NCBI GenBank assembly: GCA_039811685.1
Contig: JBDHZC010000002.1
Coordinates: 520,371 to 584,370, forward strand
Direction of reading: 5' to 3'
DNA: 64,000 bases
Source of the DNA: Armatimonadota bacterium
GTDB taxonomy: Bacteria; Armatimonadota; UBA5829; DSUL01
How positions within the stretch are numbered: the first letter of the stretch is position 1; every line of letters begins with the position of its first letter. The position numbers and the translations under genes were made by a program. This document shows positions 27,970 through 39,856 of the stretch, in pieces. The notes beneath the pieces are model-generated. The model searched no databases and was not told where the DNA came from. It saw only the letters and a list, made by a program, of their open reading frames with translations.

Positions 27970-30900
27970 TTGCGTGCCCACCGGTGCGTCGAAAGTTGGA
28001 CCCGAACCTTGATTAGAAGAGTCGCCGCCTGCCTTTTGCTCTGCCTGGGAACCGCCCTTGCGCGCGCCCATGCCGACTACGAAAAAGCTGTCTATCCTCA
28101 GACCGCTCCAGTGGTCTCCTCCATCACAGTCCAGGCACCCGGATCGGCGAAGCTGGGAGAGACCGTCAAAGCGCAGATCAGTGTCTCGACCGCCTCTGCC
28201 TTTTCGGACGACCGGGATCTGTACATTTATCTGGTGCACGCTGGCGCGGTCCGCGCTGCGCAGGTCCTCAATCCAGCACCAGCGACAAAGTCGTGGAAGG
28301 CGTCTGGCGCGAAGCTCAAAGATGTCCTGATCCGTATTCCCAAAAACATACCAACCGGTGATTACTCCCTGGTTGTGGGCGTGTACAGAGAGAAACAGGA
28401 AGGGCGCGCCCCCATCACCGTCACCGGCACACAGGCTACCAGACTGGCGAAGATTATCACCCGCGGCAGAATGGTGGACAAGTACGGCGTCGGACACGAG
28501 TGGTTTCTAAATGACGCTCACGCCTTGATCTGGGACGGCAAGCCCTGGATGCCTGCCGGCGGGATGTTCGTCTACGACCGGGACTGGAACGTCGTCAAAG
28601 CGCAGATTGACCTGCTCCACAAGTACGGCGTGCGCAGCATCTACCTGCACCTGGGCGTCAACCAGCCCTACCCCTGGAAGACCTACTCCGATGACGACTA
28701 CCGCTTCTTCCAGCAGACCATCGACTATCTCGATGACCTGGGTTTCACGTACGGTGTTGAATTTCAGGCGCTGGAAGCGAAAGGCCCGGGCTTCTACTAC
28801 CCCGCGCCCGGGCCACGCAAAGATATCACCTCCAGCGGCAGAGTTGAAGTGCAGCAGGACAAAACTCTGAGCGGGTACTTTGCCGTGTTCGACAGACATA
28901 CGCAGCAGATTGTCCAGACGGGCGAAGTGAGTGTTACGGACGGCAAGAGCATATCGGCGGATGTGAAAGTGCCCAAACCCGGCGACTACACCGTCACTTT
29001 CGGTCTGAAGCGCCAGGCGCCGGATATGTTCAGCATGTACTACTGGGATCAGCAATATCCCAACTACGTCGAAGTCGTTCGCAAACACTACAGCAAAGTC
29101 GCGCTGGGGCCGGGTTTCCGATTCCTGGTTGATCCGCTCTGGAACGAGATGAATGTCAACCGGGACTTCTACCCAGCCTCCGATGTGTACTACCAGCAGT
29201 TCGCGGACTGGCTGCTGAAGCGCTACGGAACAGTGGACAAGCTGAACGAAGCGTGGCACGCGGTGACAGCGTACGCAGGTGAGCAGAATGCGTCGATAGC
29301 CGGCGTGGACAGCTTTGACACAGCCTCACGCCTGATTCCCATTGACCGCAAGGACGCTCCCGGCAACAAAATCCTGCAGTACATGATGGACCCGCAGACC
29401 GGCCGGGTGTTTGCGATGGATCTGCGCAAGGGACAGTTCAACTACGACACGCAGGAGTTTCTGGGACGCTCGCTCCTTTACTACACCTGCGACATCGCAG
29501 ATCAGTTCAAGAAACTCTACGACGTGCCAGTCATCTACAAGGGCTTCTCGGACATGGATTTCTGGCATATCAACGACCTTGGCACACCCGGTGGGCACGA
29601 CGGGTTGGGAATGGAGTCCTACGGCAACGGCGAGCCGATGATGCTGTTTATGGCGGCGCATCTGTACGGTGAACTGGAGCAGGCGACCAAGACGACGTGG
29701 CTGGTGGTGACGGAGACGGGTCAGGGCGCTCATCAGGACAACAGCCCTTCACGCAACAAGCCGCCCGGCTATACCAGCCGCCTGGACCATATGTACGCCA
29801 ACTACAACGCGATGCTCTCAGGCGGGGCGAAGGGAATCTTCCAGTACAACATGGTTCCTGGCAGAGGCTCCAACGATCCATGGACCGATGCGCTGATTTC
29901 TGACCCGCGACAACTTGAGTGGCTGGCAACCTACGACAGGATTCTGGCCAATGCGCCCGCTCTGGCTGAGTACAAACCGCCGATGTACTTCCGCTATCCA
30001 GGACTGTTCAATCCGAACTCCATGAACCTGCGCAGTGAGCCAGCGGATGACTATGCCAACATGGGCGGCTGGTGGTGGCGGGAGCCCGTGGAGCGCGCGG
30101 CTAACGATATCTGGATCGTCCCCTCCTTTTCACTGCGTCCCGAGGCGCCAATGCTGATCGTGAATCTGGAGGACTCACCGGCCACCGAGCGCTTCCGCGA
30201 CGAAGTGTCCAACGCCATAAAGGAAAACCTGCGCCTCACCGTTATCGGATTCCGGCGCAACCCGGGAGCGGCGCCGGAGCTTGACAAGTACTACGAAGAC
30301 GCCTGGTCAACAGACACAGACGGGCGCAAATTCCAGCCACTGCGCCCCACAGCCACCAGCCGCGTGATTGGACGCAATGAAGCCGGACAGGTGTGGAATC
30401 TGATGGATGGCAACCTCCAGATAATCTCCAAAGAAGTCTTTGCCGAGCACGGCTATCGGCCGGAGTTTCTGGAGACAGGCGGCGAGCGCGGCGTGGAGCC
30501 GTACTACGGAGTCTTCAGGGATCTGCTCGGGGTACGGCTGCTGAATGTGGGAGAAGGGCTTTATGGACTGACCTACAGCGACGGCGGTACGCCGGTCACG
30601 GTTCTCGGGCTGACCAACGACGCGAGAGAGTCCCGCACCCTCAGCTTTCTGGCGAAGCCGGGCAGCGTTGAAGCGCAGTTTCCGTCCGGAGAAAAGACCG
30701 GCGTCGAGCGCAACGGATCGTTCAGTGTCAAGCTCGACCTTGTGGGCAGAAAGCTCATAAAAGTGGATGAGTGGCCGCTTCGAGATCAGAATCGCTGGGT
30801 GCAAAGCGGCGTTATTGTGGACTCTACCAACGCTCACGACTCCGTTGTTCTGAGAGGCTTACCCGAAAAGGACAGCGTTCCCGCCGAAGCCGCGCGCTCT

Positions 30901-32157
30901 GCTATTCTGGAGGCGGCGAGGACAACTCCAGCCGCTGGCGACGCACAGAAGCGCGCGCTGCAACGGACTATTGAGCGCAGCCAGTCGGAACTGCAAAAGG
31001 GCAATTCAGCGGGCGCGATGGACCTGCTGGCACAGGGTGTGGAGAGCGTGTCGGCCCAGAGCGTACCCTACATCTGGCAGGAGGCGGAGGATCGCCAGGA
31101 CTCCAACTTCAACTACAGCCGTCTCGGGGCGATTCCCACGCTGAGCGGCGCGGCCTTTCTGGGGCTTGAGACAGCCGTGAAGCCACCCAGCGACACCGGG
31201 TGGTATGCGACGTACCGGATTGATGTGCCGAAAGAGGGCGACTATCAGCTCTGGGTACGTGAGAACTACCTGGGTTATTCCTCACCCTGCTATTGGCGCA
31301 TTGGGCCGCCGAAGGGCGCGGGGGGCGAGTGGCAGCGTGTCACACAGCAACTGATTGCTAAGGATGCGGAAGTGGTGGCGCTCTACAACGCTGTTGAGGA
31401 CACCCGCCAGGTCTTTGCGTGGTATCACTACGGACAGGCTCATCTCACGAAGGGCCGGCACGACATCACCTTCAAGGTGACTGAGCCACGCGGCAAAGGG
31501 CTGGCTGTGACGATGTCCGATGACCGCCAGTACGCCAAACTCATGGACTGCCTTGTGCTTGTGCAGGGCGATTTCCAGCCCAACGGCAAAGACAGACCGC
31601 GACTCGTTCTGCCAAACGCCGCGCCTCCGCGACAGAACATGATCCCCAATGCCAGCTTTGAGTTCCGCCCGGATCAGGCGCAGAAGATTCCCACCGGTTG
31701 GACGCGCTCCGAGGACAGTGACGATCTAGTCTGGCAGGACGCGGGTTGGGGGACTTACAACGTCATGCCTGGCGTGGCGATGGACCTGGGACAGCGCTTC
31801 GCCTACATCGGCCAGCGCAACCTGACAATCAAGCCGGGCAAAGCCGAGCGTTTCTGGCAGACCACACTGCCCGCGGCGCTTCCGGGCCAGAAAGCTCACG
31901 CCTCTGTGTACGTCCGGTCTGTCGGAGCACAGGCCGCGCCATCTCTGAGAGTGCTGTTCCTGGATGCCGCCGGTAAGGAGGTTGGCCGAAAGATTCAGGC
32001 CGGCCCGAGCGGCGATTTCGACTGGCGCGAGCTGACCGTAACGGCCACTGCTCCCGAGCAGACCAGACAGATAAGACTGGAGCTCGTGTCGCCTTCCGGC
32101 TCAAGCGGCGTAGTCTTCTTTGACGACGTCGCGCTCTGGCAGCTACAGGGAGAGTAG
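27970..32157 (+). CDS. Large secreted glycoside-hydrolase-like protein (1395 aa). Signal peptide, a TIM-barrel-like region, internal beta-sandwich carbohydrate-binding-like domains and a C-terminal CBM4/9-type module. Exact family unassigned.
   Basis: ORF with TTG at 27970. An alternative in-frame TTG at 28009 gives the clean signal peptide (M)IRRVAACLLLCLGTALARA. The C-terminal 150 aa (NASFEF...GWTR...VFFDDVALWQ) resemble CBM_4_9. Aromatic-rich W/Y segments are typical of glycan-binding enzymes. Confidence 0.7.
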   Translation: MRAHRCVESWTRTLIRRVAACLLLCLGTALARAHADYEKAVYPQTAPVVSSITVQAPGSAKLGETVKAQISVSTASAFSDDRDLYIYLVHAGAVRAAQVLNPAPATKSWKASGAKLKDVLIRIPKNIPTGDYSLVVGVYREKQEGRAPITVTGTQATRLAKIITRGRMVDKYGVGHEWFLNDAHALIWDGKPWMPAGGMFVYDRDWNVVKAQIDLLHKYGVRSIYLHLGVNQPYPWKTYSDDDYRFFQQTIDYLDDLGFTYGVEFQALEAKGPGFYYPAPGPRKDITSSGRVEVQQDKTLSGYFAVFDRHTQQIVQTGEVSVTDGKSISADVKVPKPGDYTVTFGLKRQAPDMFSMYYWDQQYPNYVEVVRKHYSKVALGPGFRFLVDPLWNEMNVNRDFYPASDVYYQQFADWLLKRYGTVDKLNEAWHAVTAYAGEQNASIAGVDSFDTASRLIPIDRKDAPGNKILQYMMDPQTGRVFAMDLRKGQFNYDTQEFLGRSLLYYTCDIADQFKKLYDVPVIYKGFSDMDFWHINDLGTPGGHDGLGMESYGNGEPMMLFMAAHLYGELEQATKTTWLVVTETGQGAHQDNSPSRNKPPGYTSRLDHMYANYNAMLSGGAKGIFQYNMVPGRGSNDPWTDALISDPRQLEWLATYDRILANAPALAEYKPPMYFRYPGLFNPNSMNLRSEPADDYANMGGWWWREPVERAANDIWIVPSFSLRPEAPMLIVNLEDSPATERFRDEVSNAIKENLRLTVIGFRRNPGAAPELDKYYEDAWSTDTDGRKFQPLRPTATSRVIGRNEAGQVWNLMDGNLQIISKEVFAEHGYRPEFLETGGERGVEPYYGVFRDLLGVRLLNVGEGLYGLTYSDGGTPVTVLGLTNDARESRTLSFLAKPGSVEAQFPSGEKTGVERNGSFSVKLDLVGRKLIKVDEWPLRDQNRWVQSGVIVDSTNAHDSVVLRGLPEKDSVPAEAARSAILEAARTTPAAGDAQKRALQRTIERSQSELQKGNSAGAMDLLAQGVESVSAQSVPYIWQEAEDRQDSNFNYSRLGAIPTLSGAAFLGLETAVKPPSDTGWYATYRIDVPKEGDYQLWVRENYLGYSSPCYWRIGPPKGAGGEWQRVTQQLIAKDAEVVALYNAVEDTRQVFAWYHYGQAHLTKGRHDITFKVTEPRGKGLAVTMSDDRQYAKLMDCLVLVQGDFQPNGKDRPRLVLPNAAPPRQNMIPNASFEFRPDQAQKIPTGWTRSEDSDDLVWQDAGWGTYNVMPGVAMDLGQRFAYIGQRNLTIKPGKAERFWQTTLPAALPGQKAHASVYVRSVGAQAAPSLRVLFLDAAGKEVGRKIQAGPSGDFDWRELTVTATAPEQTRQIRLELVSPSGSSGVVFFDDVALWQLQGE

Positions 32158-32191
32158 CACAGCCAGCGCACCCAGCCCTTTAGCGCTTGTT

Positions 32192-33667
32192 TCAGTACTT
32201 GTAGTCCAGAATCTGCGCATCAAGTTGACCGATGACTTTGCCCATCCGGAACATATCCGTTGCATCGCCTTCGGTCAGCTTGATGTGGCTGGCATCCACG
32301 CGATCCGTGGGCAGGGTGCTGTCAAACGCAAGCCACGTGTTACCAGTCCACACCTCATCCCAGGAATGATAGTAGAAGCGGCCGCGGCTGAGGATGAGGC
32401 CGTTGACAATGCGCGTGGGAATGCCCGCCGCCCGCGCCAGCGCTGCGAACAGGATGGCGTAGTCCCGGCACACTCCGGCACGGTTTTTCAGGACGTCTGT
32501 CGCCGGGCGCAGGATTCCCATGTTCGCCTGCGGTGTCATCTCTTCGTAAATCCACCGCCGTATCCGGCACGCTGCATCGTAGATGTTCCTGCGCTCCCCG
32601 GCAATCCGCCTGGACTGGCTCTTTATGGCGTCTGAGTCCGCCTCAACATAGGGCTCCGAGGACAGATACTTCTGGAAACGACCTGTGGCCGGGACTGGCA
32701 GAGTTCCGGATTGCGCCTCTGAGTAGTCCTCAGCCGTAATGAAGTATGTCACTGTCAGCGTGTCGTCACTCTTGATCTTTTCCACGCGCTGTCGAGAATC
32801 GCTGATGACGAAGCTGCGCTGTGGAACCCCTGAGAGCGTTACGCGCAGCTCTCTGAATGCTCCGGAGGCCAGGTGTCTCCCCGCAGACACGCTGGTGGCA
32901 ACAGCCAGGTCTTTGGGCGGTGTATAGCCACTGGACACGCTCGATGTAGCCTCCTGCTGAGTTTCGCGGCGCATCTCTATGCCCATCGGGGCGTCAATTC
33001 TGATAACCTCCGCACCATCAAGCGTCTGATATGTTGTCAGATCTGCCATTGCAGACTTTGTCACAACAACGGCCGCATCAACCTCTTTGCCATCCAGCGT
33101 CATCTTCTGGATACGCTCAACTCTGATATTCATTTTGTCGATGGAGAGCGTCAGAGGATTGAAGGAATACTGTGTGAAAGAGGCTCCCGGTTTCACGGTC
33201 TCGCCTTCGACAGGGTTGTAGGCGTCGCCGACCAGCTTGACGCCGGGAGGAATGGGGATGGACTTTTTCGTTTCGCCAGTTCCTGTGACCATCCGCGCCT
33301 CAACAACGTCATCTTCAAAGCGGGCGAAAACTTCCGTCGTCTTGCCGCCGGAGGACATTCTGAACTCTTCGTACAGCGGCCGAGAAGAAGACAGCGCAGT
33401 ATAGACAGTAGTGCGGATGTTCTGAATCATCTTCGCACCCATCATCACCGACTCTGTGTGCACGGTGCTGTCACTCTTGAGCGCGGGCGCGCCTTCAAAC
33501 CCGGCTTTCTCCGTGCGCAGCACGGTGTACCCGAGTTTGGTTTCACCCAGATACATACCAAACCACATCTCCCGCGGCAGCTCAGCAGGCCGGGCCGAAA
33601 CCGAGACAGCCCCTGAGAAGAGCAGGACAGAAAGCGCGAGGACAAAGCGGCGAAAGCGGATGGACAA
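32192..33667 (-). CDS. Secreted transglutaminase-like superfamily protein (N-terminal DUF3857-like region plus C-terminal transglutaminase core)
   Basis: Cys-His-Asp core GVCRDYAILFAALARAAGIPTRIVNG...YHSWDEVW...AFD. Start chosen at the in-frame TTG at 33667, preceded by AGGAGG at 9-nt spacing and giving signal peptide (M)SIRFRRFVLALSVLLFSGAVSVSA. The ORF track extends it to 33733. Confidence 0.75.
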   Translation of the reverse strand: MSIRFRRFVLALSVLLFSGAVSVSARPAELPREMWFGMYLGETKLGYTVLRTEKAGFEGAPALKSDSTVHTESVMMGAKMIQNIRTTVYTALSSSRPLYEEFRMSSGGKTTEVFARFEDDVVEARMVTGTGETKKSIPIPPGVKLVGDAYNPVEGETVKPGASFTQYSFNPLTLSIDKMNIRVERIQKMTLDGKEVDAAVVVTKSAMADLTTYQTLDGAEVIRIDAPMGIEMRRETQQEATSSVSSGYTPPKDLAVATSVSAGRHLASGAFRELRVTLSGVPQRSFVISDSRQRVEKIKSDDTLTVTYFITAEDYSEAQSGTLPVPATGRFQKYLSSEPYVEADSDAIKSQSRRIAGERRNIYDAACRIRRWIYEEMTPQANMGILRPATDVLKNRAGVCRDYAILFAALARAAGIPTRIVNGLILSRGRFYYHSWDEVWTGNTWLAFDSTLPTDRVDASHIKLTEGDATDMFRMGKVIGQLDAQILDYKY

Positions 33668-33867
33668 AGCCAGTGACCTCCTGAGAGAAGCATAGCCGCA
33701 GGTGTACCAGGAAAGAAATAGCGGCGCGGACATCTCCGGCAGGCGAACGCGGTCTGTTGAAATACTGCGTGCGCCGGCAATCTGACGTTATTATCGGATG
33801 GAGGGTGCGCCGGCACAGAGCCATTTGCCAGGGCCCGCGCGAAAAATCAGACTGTCAGGGTCACGCC

Positions 33868-34287
33868 CTAGCCACGTACAGGCTGCCCGGCTGCAGTCAG
33901 ACGGGCTGCTGCCCGGAGCATCGCGAGCCGGGCACGCTCAACATCCAGTCCCGGGGCGCTGGAAGCCAGACGCTCACTCGCGCGCTTGTAAGCGCTTCGC
34001 GCGCGCTCAACGTCTATCTCATCGGGTCGCTCAGCCGTATCAGCCAGCACGGTGACATGGTTGTTGGACACCTCCGCAAAGCCGCCCGACACCGCCATAA
34101 TCTCTTCCAGGCCGCTTGCGTGTGTAACTCTTAGCTCACCGGGCATCAACTCGGCTATGAGCGGTGCGTGAAAGGCCATAAGACCGAAATACCCCTCTGA
34201 ACCAGGGGCCATCAGCGAGACAGCATCGTTGACACTGGTCAGGAGCCTGTTGGGTGTTACGATATCCAGTTTGAAGCTTGCCGCCAA
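33868..34287 (-). CDS. atpC: F0F1 ATP synthase subunit epsilon
   Basis: N-terminus FKLDIVTP...; position after atpD. Confidence 0.9.
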   Translation of the reverse strand: MAASFKLDIVTPNRLLTSVNDAVSLMAPGSEGYFGLMAFHAPLIAELMPGELRVTHASGLEEIMAVSGGFAEVSNNHVTVLADTAERPDEIDVERARSAYKRASERLASSAPGLDVERARLAMLRAAARLTAAGQPVRG

Positions 34288-34293
34288 TGCCGT

Positions 34294-35706
<1,413 letters not shown>

Positions 35707-35760
35707 TCAGGTTCTCCAGAAAATACAGCGTGTTTCTTAAGCGAAAAATAAAGCGCCAGC

Positions 35761-36621
35761 CTATTTCAGCGCTTCGGCCGTCCCAACAATTTCGGAAATC
35801 TCCGTGGTAATCGCCGCCTGCCGCGCACGGTTGAGTGACAGTGTAAGACGGTCGATCATCTCGTTAGCGTTATTGGTTGCGCTGTTCATAGCCGTCATGC
35901 GCGCGCCCTGTTCACTGGTGACGGATTCCAGCACAGCCCGGAACAGTTGCGTATCTACATAGCGCGACAGCAGACTCCCCAGCAGCTCTTCGGGCGCCGG
36001 CTCAAACAGGTACTCTGTCGCGGACCCATTGTTGTCGTCATTCGAAGGCGGCTCAACGGGAAGCAGCCGCTGAACGAGCGTGTGCTGGGAGATGGCGCTG
36101 CGAAACTCCGTGTAGATGACATACACTGCGTCCACTTCGCCAAGCGTGTACATTTTCTGCGCCATTTGAGACAGCGGGCGGATGTCCACAAACTGCACAT
36201 CCGTACCCGGCAACTCTCGCGCGCCTTCCAGCAGCGGTCCGAGACGTTTGATGGAGGCCGCGCCCTTCTTGCCAAGTACAAACAAACGGGGATTCTGATG
36301 CTGATGCTCGGTCAGAAAGCGCTGCGTGATGCGGACTATATTCGTGTGATAGCTCCCTGCAAGCCCGCGATCCGCCCCAATAACGATCAGCGCAATACGC
36401 TTTTCAGGCCGCACTTCCATCAAAGGGTGGTGCAACTCTGTCGCGGACGCCGACAGATGCGCGATAATCTCCTGAATCTTGTCCGCAAACGGTCGCGCCG
36501 CGTGAACCCGGGACTGCGCCTTTTGCAGGCGAGCCGAGGCCACCAGCTTCATCGCCTGTGTGATCTGCTGGATGTTCTTGACCGTCTTGATGCGACGCCG
36601 AATGTCCTTTGCGCTGGCCAT
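35761..36621 (-). CDS. atpG: F0F1 ATP synthase subunit gamma
   Basis: MASAKDIRRRIKTVKNIQQITQAMKLVA N-terminus. Confidence 0.95.
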   Translation of the reverse strand: MASAKDIRRRIKTVKNIQQITQAMKLVASARLQKAQSRVHAARPFADKIQEIIAHLSASATELHHPLMEVRPEKRIALIVIGADRGLAGSYHTNIVRITQRFLTEHQHQNPRLFVLGKKGAASIKRLGPLLEGARELPGTDVQFVDIRPLSQMAQKMYTLGEVDAVYVIYTEFRSAISQHTLVQRLLPVEPPSNDDNNGSATEYLFEPAPEELLGSLLSRYVDTQLFRAVLESVTSEQGARMTAMNSATNNANEMIDRLTLSLNRARQAAITTEISEIVGTAEALK

Positions 36622-36627
36622 AGAGCT

Positions 36628-38157
36628 CTAAGCGGCCGCCTCCGACGCCTTGAACGTCCTGGCAAACTCTTCGATTGCGCTCTTGAGCTTCGTCTCCAGC
36701 TCTTCGCTCAGCTTGCCTGTCTGCTCAATCTCGCGTTCAAGGTCCTGATAGCCCATCTCCAGATGCTGCAGAAACTCCGTTTCAAAGCGGCGGCAGTCCG
36801 TCACCGGAATGTGGTCCAGGTATCCATTGGTCACGGCGTAAATGACAGCGATCTGCTTTGGAACAGACATCGGGGAATACTGAGGCTGCTTGAGGATTTC
36901 AACAATTCGGTTTCCGCGAGCCAGCTCCTGCTGCGTCACTTTGTCCAGGTCACTGGCGAACTGGGCAAAGGCCTGCAGCTCCCAGTAGCGCGCGAGGTTC
37001 AGCTTCAGGCGGCCTGCGATCTTCTTCATCGCCGGGACCTGAGCGCTGGAGCCAACGCGGGACACAGAAATACCGACGGAGATCGCCGGGCGGATACCGG
37101 AGTAGAACAGGTCGCTCTCCAGGTAAATCTGCCCGTCCGTGATGGAGATGACGTTAGTAGGAATGTAAGCCGAGACGTCACCAGCCTGCGTTTCGATAAC
37201 CGGTAGCGCTGTCAACGACCCTCCGCCGCGGGCTTCGGAGAGCTTTGCGGCCCGCTCCAGCAGGCGAGAGTGCAGATAAAAGACGTCACCCGGATAGGCC
37301 TCGCGGCCAGGCGGACGGCGCAGAAGCAAAGAGACCTGCCGGTACGCCTGCGCATGCTTGGAGAGATCGTCATACACAATCAGCGCATGCTCGCCGCGGT
37401 CGCGGAAGTACTCCGCCATCGAAGCCCCCGCGTACGGGGCGATAAACTGAAGAGGCGCCGGGTCGCTGGCAGTAGCTGAGACGATTGTCGTGTACTCCAT
37501 CGCACCCGCGCGCTCCAGAATGTTGGCTATGTTAGCGACGGTCGAGAGCTTCTGACCAATCGCCACATAGAAGCACTTCACTCCCGTGCCCTTCTGGTTG
37601 ATGATGGTGTCAATGGCGATAGCTGTCTTACCGGTCTGGCGGTCACCGATAATGAGCTCGCGCTGCCCGCGCCCGATGGGGATCATCGAGTCAACGGCCT
37701 TGAGGCCGGTCTGCAGAGGCTCTCTGACCGACTGGCGGTCCACAACGCCTGGCGCTACTGTCTCCACCGGCCGGCGCTCATCCGTAATAATAGGCCCCTT
37801 GCCGTCCAGCGGCTCACCCAGGGCGCTCACCACCCGGCCAGCCACAGCGGCGCCGACAGGAACGTCGATAATACGGCCGGTCCGGCGCACCTGGTCGCCC
37901 TCTTTAATCTCTACGTCCGAGCCCAGAATAACGCAACCGACGTTGTCTTCTTCCAGGTTGAGTACCATCCCCATAACGCCACCCGGGAACTCTATGAGCT
38001 CCGAGGCCATAGCGTCGGAAAGGCCGTAGATGCGTGCAATGCCGTCACCAACCTGCAAGATTGTGCCGACACCGACCTCGTCCAGGCCTTTCTCGTAATT
38101 TGCAATCTCCGCCGAGAGAATGGATGTGACTTCCTCGGGCCTAATGCTAGAGGGCAT
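36628..38157 (-). CDS. atpA: F0F1 ATP synthase subunit alpha
   Basis: P-loop [18 protein letters not shown]. Confidence 0.95.
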   Translation of the reverse strand: MPSSIRPEEVTSILSAEIANYEKGLDEVGVGTILQVGDGIARIYGLSDAMASELIEFPGGVMGMVLNLEEDNVGCVILGSDVEIKEGDQVRRTGRIIDVPVGAAVAGRVVSALGEPLDGKGPIITDERRPVETVAPGVVDRQSVREPLQTGLKAVDSMIPIGRGQRELIIGDRQTGKTAIAIDTIINQKGTGVKCFYVAIGQKLSTVANIANILERAGAMEYTTIVSATASDPAPLQFIAPYAGASMAEYFRDRGEHALIVYDDLSKHAQAYRQVSLLLRRPPGREAYPGDVFYLHSRLLERAAKLSEARGGGSLTALPVIETQAGDVSAYIPTNVISITDGQIYLESDLFYSGIRPAISVGISVSRVGSSAQVPAMKKIAGRLKLNLARYWELQAFAQFASDLDKVTQQELARGNRIVEILKQPQYSPMSVPKQIAVIYAVTNGYLDHIPVTDCRRFETEFLQHLEMGYQDLEREIEQTGKLSEELETKLKSAIEEFARTFKASEAAA

Positions 38158-38229
38158 ATTCTCGTGTTACTCCATCAACTCCATCAACTAAGCCTGCGCC
38201 ACACACTCTGTGACGCCGGGCGCAGCAAC

Positions 38230-38775
38230 TTACGCTGCCGCCATCGTCTCCTTCAGCCGCGCAATCTGCGCGCGTACAGACCCATCAATCAACGTGTCAC
38301 CAACACGGATTACTACACCACCGATGACCGATGGGTCCACCGTCGGCTCCAGCTCAACCTGCTTGCCTGTCATGCGCCCGAGAGCCGCGCGCATTTCCTG
38401 CAGCTCTTCTTCGGTGAGCGCAACGGCCGAAACTACCTCAGCCCTCACAATATTGCTGCGCTCATCGGCGATTTTCCGAAAAGCCGTGTCAATTGACTCG
38501 ACAACGTCTTCCCGTCGCTTGTCCACAAGAAGATTCAGAAAATCAAGGGTCAGCGCGCTGACGTGAGGCTCAAAGAGCTTTTTCAGAATGCGCTTCTTGG
38601 TGGCATCGGGAGTCACGCCTCGCAGCAGGACTGTCCTGAGCTCTTCGCTGTGCTGGACCGTGCTGCGAACCAGCGTCAGCTCTGCGGCAACCTGCTCAAC
38701 GATGTCCCCGCGCTGGGCGGCCGTAAAAAGAGCGGCGGCGTACACTCGAACGACGTGCTTGGCTGTGGCCGCCAT
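38230..38775 (-). CDS. atpH: F0F1 ATP synthase subunit delta (OSCP)
   Basis: Size, position between atpF and atpA, and an OSCP-like N-terminus. Confidence 0.85.
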   Translation of the reverse strand: MAATAKHVVRVYAAALFTAAQRGDIVEQVAAELTLVRSTVQHSEELRTVLLRGVTPDATKKRILKKLFEPHVSALTLDFLNLLVDKRREDVVESIDTAFRKIADERSNIVRAEVVSAVALTEEELQEMRAALGRMTGKQVELEPTVDPSVIGGVVIRVGDTLIDGSVRAQIARLKETMAAA

Positions 38776-39284
38776 CAGTTCTTCGACGCCTCCAGCTCAT
38801 CCAGAGCGCTCTTGATGAGGGCGCGATGCCGGGAGTCGTCCAGGGATTCTCCGACTATTTTCGAGGAAGCCTGCGCGACCAGATCCGCCACATGCTCGCG
38901 AATAGACTGCAGAGCCTTGTCCCGCTCTCGCTCAATATCCGCAACACCGCGCTCTTTCACCTGCTCAGCGTGCGCTCGCGCCTCCGCCAGAATCTCATCC
39001 TTCATGCGGTTGGCGCTTGCCGTAGCCTCCTGAATCTTCGCGCGGCCTTCAGCCTCGATCTCTGTCAGGCGGGAATCCAGCTCTGTCTGAAGCTGCTGAA
39101 CTTTTGCGGTTTCGTCCGCGATGCGCTGGTAGCTGCTCTCTATGTCGGAGCGCCGCTGCGCGAGAATTCCCGACACGGGTCCGATCATGTACTTCTTCAG
39201 CAGAAGATACAGCAGAAGGAATGAGATGATGTTTGTGACAATGACCGCCTGGTCAATGCCCAACGTATGAAACAGTGACTCCAA
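38775..39284 (-). CDS. atpF: F0F1 ATP synthase subunit b
   Basis: Single N-terminal TM helix followed by a long charged coiled-coil. Confidence 0.85.
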   Translation of the reverse strand: MESLFHTLGIDQAVIVTNIISFLLLYLLLKKYMIGPVSGILAQRRSDIESSYQRIADETAKVQQLQTELDSRLTEIEAEGRAKIQEATASANRMKDEILAEARAHAEQVKERGVADIERERDKALQSIREHVADLVAQASSKIVGESLDDSRHRALIKSALDELEASKN

Positions 39285-39337
39285 ACCTATCTCCTCAGAA
39301 TATCAGCCTACCAGCGCATCCGGACGTTATACTTGTA

Positions 39338-39607
39338 TCAGCCGCCGCCGAGCTTGGCGAGCACCGCATCCGTCGCAGGAAGCTTTCCCTGCAACAGGAA
39401 GAACACGAGCAGCGCATAAATGACGAGCGACTCGACAAATGCAAGCGCGATAATCATCGCGATCTGGATCCTGCCGGACGCTTCCGGCTGCCGGGCGATG
39501 CCAGCCATAGCCTGACCGCCGATAATGCCCTGACCGATGCTAGCGGAAAGAACCGCTACGGACACGGCAAAGCCAACAGCAATCGCTAAACACGCAAAAT
39601 ATACCAT
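39338..39607 (-). CDS. atpE: F0F1 ATP synthase subunit c
   Basis: Two-helix hairpin with GQGIIGGQAMAGIARQPEA and the essential carboxylate in ...FVESLVIYAL. Start taken at the internal ATG 39607 (GGAGAAGG RBS); the ORF track extends it to 39679. Confidence 0.85.
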   Translation of the reverse strand: MVYFACLAIAVGFAVSVAVLSASIGQGIIGGQAMAGIARQPEASGRIQIAMIIALAFVESLVIYALLVFFLLQGKLPATDAVLAKLGGG

Positions 39608-39856
39608 TCGACCTTCTCCGATTTTAGTGTGACTGCCGGAGTGCGCAAAGCGCCGAATCCGGCCCGACTGCTCCGGCACACCCTCTGACCCGCAAGGCCC
39701 GGCTTTTTCAGCCGGGCGCTAACACAGGCACAAATGTCATTGTGCTGGAGCGCTCTGGCGAGAAGTCTGACTTCCGCGGTCTTTGGGAAGCCGCCCCAAA
39801 GCAGACTCACCCGCCAATTCTAAAAAACTGGAAACTCAGACGGCTTTCACCGATCC

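Noticed and set aside
28507-29259. 250-aa minus-strand ORF
   Set aside because: Antisense to the 1395-aa hydrolase-like gene.
33760-33830. Direct 11-bp duplication gtgcgccggca, with a possible weak hairpin terminator after atpC (33836-33870)
   Set aside because: The duplication is too short to interpret. The hairpin has only a 4-bp stem, so it is not reported as a feature.
35947-37206. 419-aa plus-strand ORF
   Set aside because: Entirely antisense to atpG/atpA, whose products have unmistakable ATP synthase motifs. High-GC shadow ORF with Arg/Leu-rich, low-complexity translation.
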